Source: Ferroglobus placidus DSM 10642
GTDB lineage: Archaea; Halobacteriota; Archaeoglobi; Archaeoglobales; Archaeoglobaceae
Direction of reading: 5' to 3'
Length of the DNA stretch: 32,000 nt
Assembly: GCF_000025505.1 (NCBI RefSeq)
Contig: NC_013849.1
Span: 1,140,001-1,172,000, forward strand
The notes beneath the pieces were generated by a model, which searched no databases, was not told the DNA's origin, and was given only the letters and a program-made list of their open reading frames with translations. Position numbers and translations under genes: made by a program. Of the stretch, positions 1 through 8,594 are shown one piece after another. Position 1 is the stretch's first letter; every line of letters starts with the position of its first letter.

Positions 1-119
1 TTATTTTTGTTCAAGTCTCATCTTTTAAACTTCTTTTCGAAAGTTCTTCTCGGTCGAAATTGGTAGTTTTCCTCCACTTAGCTCGATCTTTTTTGGCTGT
101 GCTCCGTTGAAGCTAATCT

Positions 120-458
120 CTACATACCGTCAGCTATTAAAGCGAGCAGAGCTCCGAAGAATAGAAGGATTAAGCCAAGCGCCGCGATTTCGAAAACGAT
201 CACTCCGCCTATAATAGCAAAAACTGCTGAGAAGAGAGAGAAGAAAACCTTCAGAACTATTTTGTAAACCTGCTTAATCGTTAGAAGGAGAATTGCCATC
301 AGAAGGACTAAGAGAGCTAAGATGGGGTTAAAAAACTCGTTTACGATTTGGATAAGCCTTTCAAAAATTGAGGAAAGAATTTGCTCCGGGTTGTAAAAGT
401 AACCGTAAAGCACGCTTGAGACAACGAGTAGAGTGAATATTCTGAACACGCTTACCAT
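120..458 (-). CDS. small membrane protein, hypothetical (multiple hydrophobic helices)
   Basis: ORF of about 112 aa with three or more hydrophobic segments; ATG at 458 just inside the TTG-started ORF. Confidence 0.6.
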   Translation of the reverse strand: MVSVFRIFTLLVVSSVLYGYFYNPEQILSSIFERLIQIVNEFFNPILALLVLLMAILLLTIKQVYKIVLKVFFSLFSAVFAIIGGVIVFEIAALGLILLFFGALLALIADGM

Positions 459-484
459 CAAAAACGTATGTTCTTCGAACTATT

Positions 485-1279
485 TTAACTTTCACGAAGC
501 ATATCGAGCAAACTTTCGAAGACGTAGTCTGGGTAAACTCCAGCTTCCTTCGCCTTCCTTTCGATATCCTCCCTCTTCGTGACTCCGGTTAAAACTAAAA
601 CCGTCGTAGCTCCTATCTTTTTCCCAGCCAGAACGTCTATCTCTATTTGATCTCCAACGACAACAACTTCATCAGGTTTCAAATTCAGAATGTTCAAAGC
701 TTCCTTCATTATGACTTCCGACGGCTTCCCCACAATTACGTCCGGCTCTCTTCCCGTCATCCAGTAGAGAGCTCCTATTATCATTCCCGTCCCCGGAATC
801 GGTCCGTCTTCAGCAGGAAAGATTTTGTCCGGATTCACAGCCACGTATCTAACGTCCTCTCTAAGGCAGAGCCTCAGGGCTTCCGTCATTATCTGAAAGT
901 TTATCCCCCTATTCGAGCCAACGACGAGGTATTCAGCATCTCTATAATCCACTATCTCAAGCCCTGCAAGCCTTAACTCCTCTTTTAACCCTTCTTCGCC
1001 GGTGGTGTAGACTTTCGCTCTCTTTTTTTCCTTAGCAATTAATCTTGCGGTAGCGTAAGTGGCGATGAGAATTTCATCTTCGGAAACTTCAAGTCCGTAA
1101 TCTTTAAAACGTTCCAGCATAATCCTCCTGCTTCTTGTGGAATTGTTTGAGACGAAAAGAATTTTCTTGCCCATTTCCCTCAATCTCTTCACAGCCTCAA
1201 CTCCTTCGGGAATCGGCTTCTTTCCCCTCCCGATAACTCCATCTATGTCGAGTATGAATCCTTTCTTATCCAAAAGCAT
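485..1279 (-). CDS. HAD superfamily (IIA, NagD/p-nitrophenylphosphatase-like) hydrolase
   Basis: Motif I DIDGVI, 'FVSNNSTRS', 'VVVGDQIEIDVLAGKKIGATTVLVLTG'. Start chosen at MLLDKKGF because an AAGGAG-like RBS precedes it; the track ORF extends to 1336. Confidence 0.85.
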   Translation of the reverse strand: MLLDKKGFILDIDGVIGRGKKPIPEGVEAVKRLREMGKKILFVSNNSTRSRRIMLERFKDYGLEVSEDEILIATYATARLIAKEKKRAKVYTTGEEGLKEELRLAGLEIVDYRDAEYLVVGSNRGINFQIMTEALRLCLREDVRYVAVNPDKIFPAEDGPIPGTGMIIGALYWMTGREPDVIVGKPSEVIMKEALNILNLKPDEVVVVGDQIEIDVLAGKKIGATTVLVLTGVTKREDIERKAKEAGVYPDYVFESLLDMLRES

Positions 1280-1384
1280 GAGCAAAAACTCCTTCTTAGA
1301 AATAAAAATGTTTGCGAAATGTTTCGAAGCCTTCAAAATCTTTAAAAAACCGTGACGTTTTACACTCTATTAAGGGTGGTCAGT

Positions 1385-1912
1385 GTGGAAGCAGACATTC
1401 CAGTCAAGGAAATAATGACGAGGGAGGTTTGCGTCGCAAGAAAGGATGAGTCGGTTCTTAAAGCAAGCAGGAGAATGATCGAATTCGGCGTTGGAAGCAT
1501 AGTGGTTGTTGAGAACGGAAGACCGGTAGGAATAGTTACGGAGAGCGACATAATAAGGAAAGTTGTGGCGAGGAACAAAGTCCCTTCTGAAGTTAAGCTC
1601 GAAGAGATAATGACTTATCCGATAATAACGATAAAGCCAACTGCGAGCATAAGAGAAGCTGCAAACATAATGCTGAAAAAGGGAATAAGAAGGTTGCCGG
1701 TTGTGGATGGTGAAAAGCTTGTTGGAATTGTAACGGACACGGACATCCTTTCAGTCTCAATCGACCTCGGAGAGTATCTCGGACTTATTAAAGAAAGTTA
1801 TATCGAAACTGAAAGCGAAGAAATCGGAAAGTGTGAAATTTGCGGGAGAATTGCTGAATTAATTGATGTTGACGGGAAGAGAATTTGTGAAGACTGTTAT
1901 GAGTCGTATTAG
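1385..1912 (+). CDS. CBS-domain pair protein with C-terminal zinc-ribbon-like CxxC...CxxC
   Basis: 'VKEIMTREVCV...GSIVVVENGRPVGIVTESDII', 'RRLPVVDGEKLVGIVTDTDIL', then 'CEICGR...CEDCYESY'. GTG start at 1385 follows GGGTGG; the track ORF starts at 1352. Confidence 0.8.
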   Translation: MEADIPVKEIMTREVCVARKDESVLKASRRMIEFGVGSIVVVENGRPVGIVTESDIIRKVVARNKVPSEVKLEEIMTYPIITIKPTASIREAANIMLKKGIRRLPVVDGEKLVGIVTDTDILSVSIDLGEYLGLIKESYIETESEEIGKCEICGRIAELIDVDGKRICEDCYESY

Positions 1913-1920
1913 GTGATTTG

Positions 1921-2847
1921 ATGTCTTACTTAGGAGCAAAAATTGGAGATGAGGTTAAAAAAGAGAAGAAAAGCCCGGTAAAGCCGGGAAGCGTTATGGA
2001 AATAGCAACGAAGAATGTAATCACGATTCCGCCAACCTCGACGATAATGAGTGCGATGAAGACGATGATAAAATACAGCTTCAGGAGGCTGCCAATAACG
2101 GATCCCGGGACGAAAAGGCTTGAGGGAATAATAACGGGAATGGACATCGTAAACTTCCTCGGCGGAGGAGAGAAACACAAGATAGTCGAGGGAAGATACA
2201 ACAACAATTTGCTCGCTGCAGTTAACGAGGAAGTCAAGGAGATCATGGAGAAGGACGTCGTCGCGATAGATTTCACCTCTTCTTGGGAAGATGCTTTGGA
2301 AGTTCTTCTGGAAAGAGGAGTGGGTGGTGCTCCGATAATTGACAGAGAGGATACTGTTATTGGTATCATAACTGAAAGAGACATCATGAAGTTTTTAGCT
2401 GAGAGAAGAGAGTACGACGGAGTCGTGGAGGACTACATGACAAGAGGCGTCATAACAGCCGAGCCGAACACGAAAATCGAGGAGGCTATGAAAACGATGG
2501 TTTCAAAAAAGATAAGGAGACTGCCGGTGGTGAAGGATGGTTTACTCGTTGGAATTTTAACTTCAACGACGATCGTCCACTACTTTGCTGGTGAGGTTTT
2601 CAAAGAGCTCGTTACGGGGAATGCTAAAGAAGCTCTTGAACGACCGATTTCAGCAATCCTGTCCAACAAAAAGATACTTAAGTACACTGAGCCACTCGTT
2701 GTCAGTCCAAGAACGAGTTTGAGAGACGTTGTAAATCTCATGCTTGAGAAGAATCAAGCCGCTGCTCTGGTTGTTAGTTCTGGAAATCTTGAGGGGATTA
2801 TTACCGAAAGAGACCTCATGAAGTTCCTCTGCGAGGCAAAATGCTGA
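1921..2847 (+). CDS. protein with four CBS domains
   Basis: Four repeats of the 'RR(L/I)P(V/I)xxxxxxxGI(I/L)T' type; ATG at 1921 follows AGGTGA. Confidence 0.85.
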   Translation: MSYLGAKIGDEVKKEKKSPVKPGSVMEIATKNVITIPPTSTIMSAMKTMIKYSFRRLPITDPGTKRLEGIITGMDIVNFLGGGEKHKIVEGRYNNNLLAAVNEEVKEIMEKDVVAIDFTSSWEDALEVLLERGVGGAPIIDREDTVIGIITERDIMKFLAERREYDGVVEDYMTRGVITAEPNTKIEEAMKTMVSKKIRRLPVVKDGLLVGILTSTTIVHYFAGEVFKELVTGNAKEALERPISAILSNKKILKYTEPLVVSPRTSLRDVVNLMLEKNQAAALVVSSGNLEGIITERDLMKFLCEAKC

Positions 2848-2848
2848 G

Positions 2849-3985
2849 ATGTACGTTGCCGAAGCTTTAGGCTTGAGCAAGCCAGCTGCAGAAAAATTAA
2901 AGGAGAAAAACGTTTTAAAAGAGGCTTTCATCAAACATCCTTTTTTCCCCGACGTGATTGATGCGGTAAGGTTCGATAAGAGGTTTGCCGGGCTTGAGGA
3001 GGGGACGGTCGTTGCTAAAACTATTCACGGAGTTGAAGTAGTTCACGGCTTTCCTAAAATCAGGAGAGCCCTAACTCTTTATCCCACGATCAAACTTCAT
3101 TTCAAAGGAGAAATTGTTTTCGAGGAAAAAATGAACGGTTACAACGTGAGAATCGTTATGTTCGGAAAAAATCTGTACGCTTTAACGAGGAGGGGTTTTA
3201 TTTGCCCCTACACAACGGAGAAAGCAAGGGAGCTAATTAACGAGTCTTTTTTTAAAGATTACCCGAACCTCATGCTCTGCTGCGAAGCAGTGGGAAGGTA
3301 CTCCCCATACGTTCCGAAAGATGTTTACGGGGTGGATTTCGACTTTTACGTTTTCGATGTAAGGGAGAAGAGGAGTGGAAAGCCTTTGCCAGTCAAAGAA
3401 AAGGAGAAAATCTGCGAGGAATACGGACTCAACTTAGCTCCAATTCTCGCTCAATGCAAAGCTGAAGAAGGGCATGTTGTCGGGAGAAGAGTTGTTGAGG
3501 AGTTGGAAGGAAGCGGTAGGGAGGGAGTTGTAATAAAAGACGTAAACATGGTAGTTGAGCCGATAAAGTACACGACAAGCGAAACAAATTGCAACGACCT
3601 AAGCTACGCTTTCAGATATTTCAACGAGTACGGAAAGGACTTCATGTTCTCGAGAATCGTCAGAGAAGGCTTTCAAAGCTTCGAATTCGACGATGAGGAA
3701 AAGTTTAGGGAGAGGTGCTTCAGGCTGGGGAAGGCGATACTCGAAAGCTTGGTGAAGAGCATTAAGGACGTTAGCGAAGGGAGAAGGGTCGTCGAAAGGG
3801 TGGAATTAATTTTTTCCTCCTTTGAAACCTTTGAGCTATTTACGGAGCATTTAAAGAGGAGCGGAGTTAATTTTGAAGTTGTTGAGCTGAAAAAGAGGGG
3901 AGGAAAAGTTCACGCAGTAATTGACAGGGTGATGAAGAGCACTACGGATAAAATAAAGAGTCACCTCGGTGGAGCTTTATGGTAA
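2849..3985 (+). CDS. ATP-dependent RNA ligase, archaeal Pab1020/Rnl3 family
   Basis: Nucleotidyltransferase motif I 'EKMNGYNVRIV', motif III-like 'DFDFYVFDV', motif IV 'GREGVVIKD'; overall resemblance to archaeal circularizing RNA ligases. Confidence 0.85.
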   Translation: MYVAEALGLSKPAAEKLKEKNVLKEAFIKHPFFPDVIDAVRFDKRFAGLEEGTVVAKTIHGVEVVHGFPKIRRALTLYPTIKLHFKGEIVFEEKMNGYNVRIVMFGKNLYALTRRGFICPYTTEKARELINESFFKDYPNLMLCCEAVGRYSPYVPKDVYGVDFDFYVFDVREKRSGKPLPVKEKEKICEEYGLNLAPILAQCKAEEGHVVGRRVVEELEGSGREGVVIKDVNMVVEPIKYTTSETNCNDLSYAFRYFNEYGKDFMFSRIVREGFQSFEFDDEEKFRERCFRLGKAILESLVKSIKDVSEGRRVVERVELIFSSFETFELFTEHLKRSGVNFEVVELKKRGGKVHAVIDRVMKSTTDKIKSHLGGALW

Positions 3986-4941
3986 AAGTAGGAGTAGATG
4001 CTGGAACGAAGAGCTACGGGGTTTTCGTTCTTGAAGAGAAAAAGCTGTACGAGTTTGAATCGTCGGAAGTTAGGGAGAATCCCGAGTCGTTCGTAGAGTT
4101 CCTCAAAGAGTTGAATCCGGAAGCTGGGGCAGGGTTGAGCGGATACGGATTGCCGGTAAAAAATTTTAGAGAGCTAACTGACAAGGACATCTTTTTAATG
4201 ACGCTGAAAAAGGAAGGTAGCTTCATAGGGATGTCCTCAGTTATTAGAAGAATTAAGGAGGAGGAGCTGAACTTTTTCACGATTCCCGGAGTGATTCATC
4301 TCAACACCGTTCCGGCTTACAGAAAAATTAACAGAATTGACATGGGCACATCAGATAAAGTTTGCAGCGCAGCTTTGGCTTTAGCTGAATTTGAAGAAGA
4401 AAATTTCATACTTGCCGAGATCGGTTACGGCTTTAACGCTTTTATCGCTTTGAAAAATGGAAAAATCGTGGATGGCATTGGAGGTAGCTCGGGTTTTCCG
4501 TCGCACTTAAGCGTTTCAGCGATAGACGCTGAGCTGGCGTGTTTGATGAAAGTTACGAAGGACGTCGTCTTTTCTGGAGGACTGAAAAGCTTTTTTGAAG
4601 ACAGAAATGAGGAATTTAGCTTTGAAGCTTTCGCCGAATGGATTCTGAAGGGAATATATGCGATGAAGGCTGTTGTTGACGAAAATTTAGTTGTCCTTTC
4701 GGGGAGGTTTGCTAAAGACGTGAAGAAGTACGTCGCTGAAAGGTTTGACGTGAAACTTCTAAAAGGATTTAAAAGCGGAAAACAGGCAGCGGAAGGAGCT
4801 GCGATTATTGCTGATGGATTGAGCGGTGGAGAGTACAAAGAAATAGTTGAGAGGCTCGAACTTAGAAAAGCTTCTGGCTGCATATTCGATTACGTCACTT
4901 CCGACCTCAAAAAATTCTTCTTCGAAAAGCCGGAGTGCTAA
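3979..4941 (+). CDS. DUF1464 family protein (ASKHA-like predicted kinase)
   Basis: 'MVKVGVDAGTKSYGVFVLE', 'MGTSDKVCSAALALAEF', 'VVFSGGL', 'VVLSGRFAKDV'; overlaps the RNA ligase stop by 7 nt. Confidence 0.75.
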   Translation: MVKVGVDAGTKSYGVFVLEEKKLYEFESSEVRENPESFVEFLKELNPEAGAGLSGYGLPVKNFRELTDKDIFLMTLKKEGSFIGMSSVIRRIKEEELNFFTIPGVIHLNTVPAYRKINRIDMGTSDKVCSAALALAEFEEENFILAEIGYGFNAFIALKNGKIVDGIGGSSGFPSHLSVSAIDAELACLMKVTKDVVFSGGLKSFFEDRNEEFSFEAFAEWILKGIYAMKAVVDENLVVLSGRFAKDVKKYVAERFDVKLLKGFKSGKQAAEGAAIIADGLSGGEYKEIVERLELRKASGCIFDYVTSDLKKFFFEKPEC

Positions 4942-4972
4942 AGTTTAAGTTCTAAAAAAGCACAGTATTTTT

Positions 4973-5758
4973 ATGAGACATCCAGCGGTGGCTGGGTACT
5001 TCTACCCCTCCAATCCCGAATCTCTCTTAGCTATGCTTAGGGAATTTGCAGAGAAAAGGAGCGATGAAGATGTGGTGGCGATAGTTTCTCCCCACGCGGG
5101 CTACGTTTACTCCGGGAGGACGGCTGGAGCTGTTCACTCTCTTCTACCGGACGTGGAAACATACGTGATAGTCGGTCCTAATCACACAGGTCTTGGAGCG
5201 GCTGTTGCTGTTTCTTACGACGACTGGATGACTCCTTTAGGAGTTGTGGAGTCGGATAGAGAATTCATAGATGCTATGCCAAAAAAGATCTGCGTTGTAG
5301 ATGAAATAGCTCACAGAGAAGAGCACAGCTTGGAAGTGCAAGTACCCTTCTTGCAGTACCTTCACAAGGACTTCAAGATCGTCGCAATCTGCATGGGGTT
5401 GCAGGATAAGGAGACTGCCGAAGAAGTTGTCGAAGAAATTTTAGAGGCTCAGGAGAAAACTGGAAGGAGAATTGCCCTCGTCGCTTCGAGCGACATGCAC
5501 CATTATCTGCCGGACGACGAGTGCAGAAGGAGGGATGAAATTGTTATTGAAGCGATCCTCAGCATGGACGTCGACAAGTACTACGATACGATATACAAGC
5601 TTCAGGCAAGCGTATGTGGCTACGGACCGATAGCTGTTGCCATGCTCTACTCCAAGGAGCTTGGAGCGAAAGCCGAGCTCGTGCATTACTCAACGAGCGG
5701 AGATGTTGCGGATAAAAGTCAGGTTGTCGGCTATGCAGGAATAGCCTTCAGAGTTTGA
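4973..5758 (+). CDS. MEMO1 / AmmeMemoRadiSam system protein B family
   Basis: 'MRHPAVAGYFYPSNPESL', 'VSPHAGYVYSG', 'VGPNHTG', 'REEHSLEVQVPFLQ', 'SSDMHHY'. Confidence 0.9.
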   Translation: MRHPAVAGYFYPSNPESLLAMLREFAEKRSDEDVVAIVSPHAGYVYSGRTAGAVHSLLPDVETYVIVGPNHTGLGAAVAVSYDDWMTPLGVVESDREFIDAMPKKICVVDEIAHREEHSLEVQVPFLQYLHKDFKIVAICMGLQDKETAEEVVEEILEAQEKTGRRIALVASSDMHHYLPDDECRRRDEIVIEAILSMDVDKYYDTIYKLQASVCGYGPIAVAMLYSKELGAKAELVHYSTSGDVADKSQVVGYAGIAFRV

Positions 5759-6431
5759 ATAGTTTTTTAGCATTTTTCCACAAAACCCTCTCGTCGCAGA
5801 TCTCCGTCACCTTCCTCAGCTCGTGATAAATGCTTCCAAAAGGTTTGTCCGAGCCGAAAATGAGCCTGTCCGGGATGGTTTCGTAGAACTCTTTTATCTG
5901 CGAGGGAGACGCTAAAGATGTGTCGAAGTAGACGTTCTCGTTTTCAGCAAACTCCCTTAGAAAATCAGATGGATTTCCTCCCAGCAATCCGAGGTGGGGG
6001 ATCACGACTCTTACATCAAACCTCTCCAAGAAAATTTTCGTGAACGTAAATTCCTCTTCGAAAAACATCGGCTTATCGATTTTCTCAACGAAATCTTCCA
6101 AATCCTCTCTTTTCAAAGTTTCGTAGTTGGATTTTAAATCGGCCACTCCTCCAACCCAGTGCCACTTTATAGCGACGAACTCCTCAGGAATTTTTTTAGG
6201 AAAAGGCTTTCCTATGCAGTATATCGGGAACAGATTTTCGTTTTCCTCGCAAGCTCTGAGAACCATTTCGTTCGCGGCTCTTTCATCGTACTCCGCGTAA
6301 GATGGAAAGGACATAACCAAAGCCAAATCTATTCCGTTTCTTTCGAGCTCTTCAACGACTTCTTCCACTTTGACATCTATTCCGAGAGAGACAGAAGGTC
6401 CTATGTGTATGTGGCTGTCGATTATCATCAA
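5748..6431 (-). CDS. amidohydrolase-2 family (TIM-barrel) metal-dependent hydrolase
   Basis: 'IDSHIHIG', 'VVIPHLG', 'LIFGSDKPFG'. Confidence 0.8.
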   Translation of the reverse strand: MMIIDSHIHIGPSVSLGIDVKVEEVVEELERNGIDLALVMSFPSYAEYDERAANEMVLRACEENENLFPIYCIGKPFPKKIPEEFVAIKWHWVGGVADLKSNYETLKREDLEDFVEKIDKPMFFEEEFTFTKIFLERFDVRVVIPHLGLLGGNPSDFLREFAENENVYFDTSLASPSQIKEFYETIPDRLIFGSDKPFGSIYHELRKVTEICDERVLWKNAKKLFKL

Positions 6432-6584
6432 AAAATTGGGTTTAGAAGTCTTCTAATAGTTTTCTGTAAAGCTTCTCATCGTTAAAACTCAACGCCCTCT
6501 TGACGACCTCTTCCAGATACATGACGATATTGGCTACGAAGGAATACTTTAACTTCCTCCGTAGTCTGGAAGTAAAATAAATTT

Positions 6585-7295
6585 TCATAAATATTTTAAA
6601 ATTAGAGATAATGATGAAATCAACACAACGATCAGAATTACTTTTTCCAGTTTTTTCGAATCTATTTTTAGAACGATTCTTTTGCCGAAAAAGTAAGCGA
6701 GAGCTATAGAAGGTATGCAAACCAAGAATTTCGAAAGGATGCTGTAGCTAACATGCCCGGAAAAAATGAAAATGGTCAGAATTGTCGCATAGACGACGCT
6801 CAAATAGGAAATCATAAACCTTCTCACGAACTTGGAGTCGTAACCTTGGTTGACCAAAGCTATAACCACCTGCGGTCCCGTCACACCGCTCAAAACTCCT
6901 AAGCTCCCGCTTAAAAAACCCGAAAAAAAGAAGAGAGGTTTTTCCTCCCTGACCCTATATTTAACATCAAAGATCAACGCTAACGACAAAACAATCAGGC
7001 TAAGTCCGATAGCTATTCCCAGCTCTCTTTCCGACAGACTTTCGAAAAAGAAGTATCCGATTAAAGCTCCGACAAAGCTTCCGAAGTATACTTCCTTTAA
7101 ATCGAAATTCAACCGCTCTTTTACGGCAAAAATTATGCTAATGAAAGATTCCATGAGAACAACAAGAATTACAGCGTTTTTCGGTCCGAATATGCTTGAC
7201 AGAATTGGGGAAAGCAAAACCACGCTGCCGAATCCAGTTAAAGTTCTTACGACGTACGCGAAGAAGACCAAGAAGATTAGCAGGAGGATATCCAT
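6585..7295 (-). CDS. TauE/SafE family permease
   Basis: 'TLTGFGSVVLLSPILSSIFGPKNAVILVVLMES' and 'FLSGSLGVLSGVTGPQVVIAL'; multiple TM helices. Confidence 0.85.
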   Translation of the reverse strand: MDILLLIFLVFFAYVVRTLTGFGSVVLLSPILSSIFGPKNAVILVVLMESFISIIFAVKERLNFDLKEVYFGSFVGALIGYFFFESLSERELGIAIGLSLIVLSLALIFDVKYRVREEKPLFFFSGFLSGSLGVLSGVTGPQVVIALVNQGYDSKFVRRFMISYLSVVYATILTIFIFSGHVSYSILSKFLVCIPSIALAYFFGKRIVLKIDSKKLEKVILIVVLISSLSLILKYL

Positions 7296-7483
7296 ATAGT
7301 GAGTTCTTGCAAAGGTTTTAAAACTATCACTATCGAAAATTATAGTTTTGTTCTAATATTTTTATTTTTCCCTCATGTGATGTACGAAATTTCGCTGCCG
7401 ATTCCGTAGAAAAAATAGTAAGTTTTGCTTTTATTCAACCGTCGAATAACAAATCGAGTACTATTCTTTAAATGTAAAACACA

Positions 7484-7540
7484 ATATCGCTTAGTAGATT
7501 AAATGCTCAAACTTTTAGAGAAAAACCCAGTAAGCGATAT
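7484..7540. repeat. 10-bp perfect inverted repeat ATATCGCTTA...TAAGCGATAT (37-nt spacer)
   Basis: Arms 7484-7493 and 7531-7540; the right arm abuts the TATA-like GATATATG of the downstream gene. Confidence 0.55.
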
Positions 7541-7582
7541 ATGTTTTCTAATCTTTACTATCATAATGGTGGTGGTGTAAAT

Positions 7583-8464
7583 ATGATGACTCGACGCGGC
7601 TTTTTGGGATTTGCCGGGGCTGTTATTGCTACAGCCCTCGGCATGGCTTGCACTCAGGAAGAAAGACCTGTTACAACTCCAACGCCTGAAGTTGTGGAGA
7701 AGGTCGTTGAGAAGGAAGTCGTCAAACCTCTACCAGCACCTCCATGGGAGTACAAAAAGCTCAACCCAGACAAGGTTGCTGAACTTGCATATCAAGGGTA
7801 CATGGGTAAAACGTTTGACGGAGAGAAGCTTCCGGGTAAAGCCTGCTGCTTCGGAGCGTTCTATGCTATAGTAAAATCTCTCGCTGACGAAGTTGGTTCG
7901 CCGTATACGGAGTTTCTACCAGTCGCTTCTATTGCTACAGTTGGAGAAGGAGGACTAGTTGGCTGGGCTTCACTTTGCGGAGCTTTAAACGGAGCAGCTT
8001 GGGCAATATGGCTTATAACTCCGGAAGAGGAGGCTAAGAAGATCATAGATGAGCTTTACGCTTGGTACATGTACGAAGAGCTACCAAAATACAAGCCGCC
8101 GAAAGCGATGAAAGCGGAGCTTGAACCGTTCCCGACCTCTGTAGCGAACTCTGTTCTTTGTCACGCTTCAGTCACCAACTGGTGTAAAGCATCCGGATAC
8201 AAAGCGTTTTCAGCTGAAAGATCTGAGAGATGCGGAAGATTGACGGCTGACGTGGCTAAGAAGGCTGTTGAGCTGCTTAATGCTGTGCACGAAGGCACAT
8301 TCGTTCCGGCTTATCCGCTGGATGAAAAGACGAAAAGCTGCAAAGGCTGCCACACCAAGGGAAGCGCTCTCGAAAACACGAGAGGAAAGATGGCTTGCTG
8401 GAGCTGCCACACAAAGGAGGGAGCTTTGAGAATAGAAGAAGTGGAAGGGCATCCAAAGATTTAA
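7583..8464 (+). CDS. Tat-exported diheme cytochrome related to split-Soret cytochrome c / C_GCAxxG_C_C family
   Basis: 'TRRGFLGFAGAVIATALGMAC' twin-arginine signal; Cys pattern 'GKACCFGAF...WASLCGALNGAAWAI...CHASVTNWC...ERCGRLTAD'; two heme motifs CKGCH and CWSCH. ATG at 7583 after GGTGGTG; the track ORF starts at 7541. Confidence 0.75.
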   Translation: MMTRRGFLGFAGAVIATALGMACTQEERPVTTPTPEVVEKVVEKEVVKPLPAPPWEYKKLNPDKVAELAYQGYMGKTFDGEKLPGKACCFGAFYAIVKSLADEVGSPYTEFLPVASIATVGEGGLVGWASLCGALNGAAWAIWLITPEEEAKKIIDELYAWYMYEELPKYKPPKAMKAELEPFPTSVANSVLCHASVTNWCKASGYKAFSAERSERCGRLTADVAKKAVELLNAVHEGTFVPAYPLDEKTKSCKGCHTKGSALENTRGKMACWSCHTKEGALRIEEVEGHPKI

Positions 8465-8521
8465 TTCAGAAAGTACGGCCGTCATCATCGCATAGCTCAG
8501 ATACTGCCAGATTCATCACTC
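8462..8521 (-). ncRNA. C/D box sRNA (2'-O-methylation guide)
   Basis: Minus strand reads GTGATGA(C) ATCTGGCAGTAT CTGA(D') GCTATGCG ATGATGA(C') CGGCCGTACTTT CTGA(D). All four boxes are consensus, both guides are 12 nt, the spacer is 8 nt; TATA-like TTTATATC lies about 27 nt upstream. Confidence 0.85.
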
Positions 8522-8594
8522 AAAACTTCCTTTACTTTTTTGGATATAAACTTTTGCTGCGCAAACATTTTTATCTCAATAGAAAAGGAGGGTT

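Noticed and set aside
647-976. Plus-strand ORF (109 aa) opposite the HAD phosphatase
   Set aside because: Fully antisense to a well-supported HAD gene; low-complexity, non-protein-like composition; no RBS noticed.
1352-1384. N-terminal extension MTFYTLLRVVS of the CBS/Zn-ribbon protein
   Set aside because: An internal GTG at 1385 preceded by a GGGTGG RBS-like sequence fits better, and the extension does not resemble CBS domain sequence.
6611-6640. ATGATGA on plus near the TauE-like gene end as a C box
   Set aside because: No CTGA at the expected distance and no C'/D' pair.
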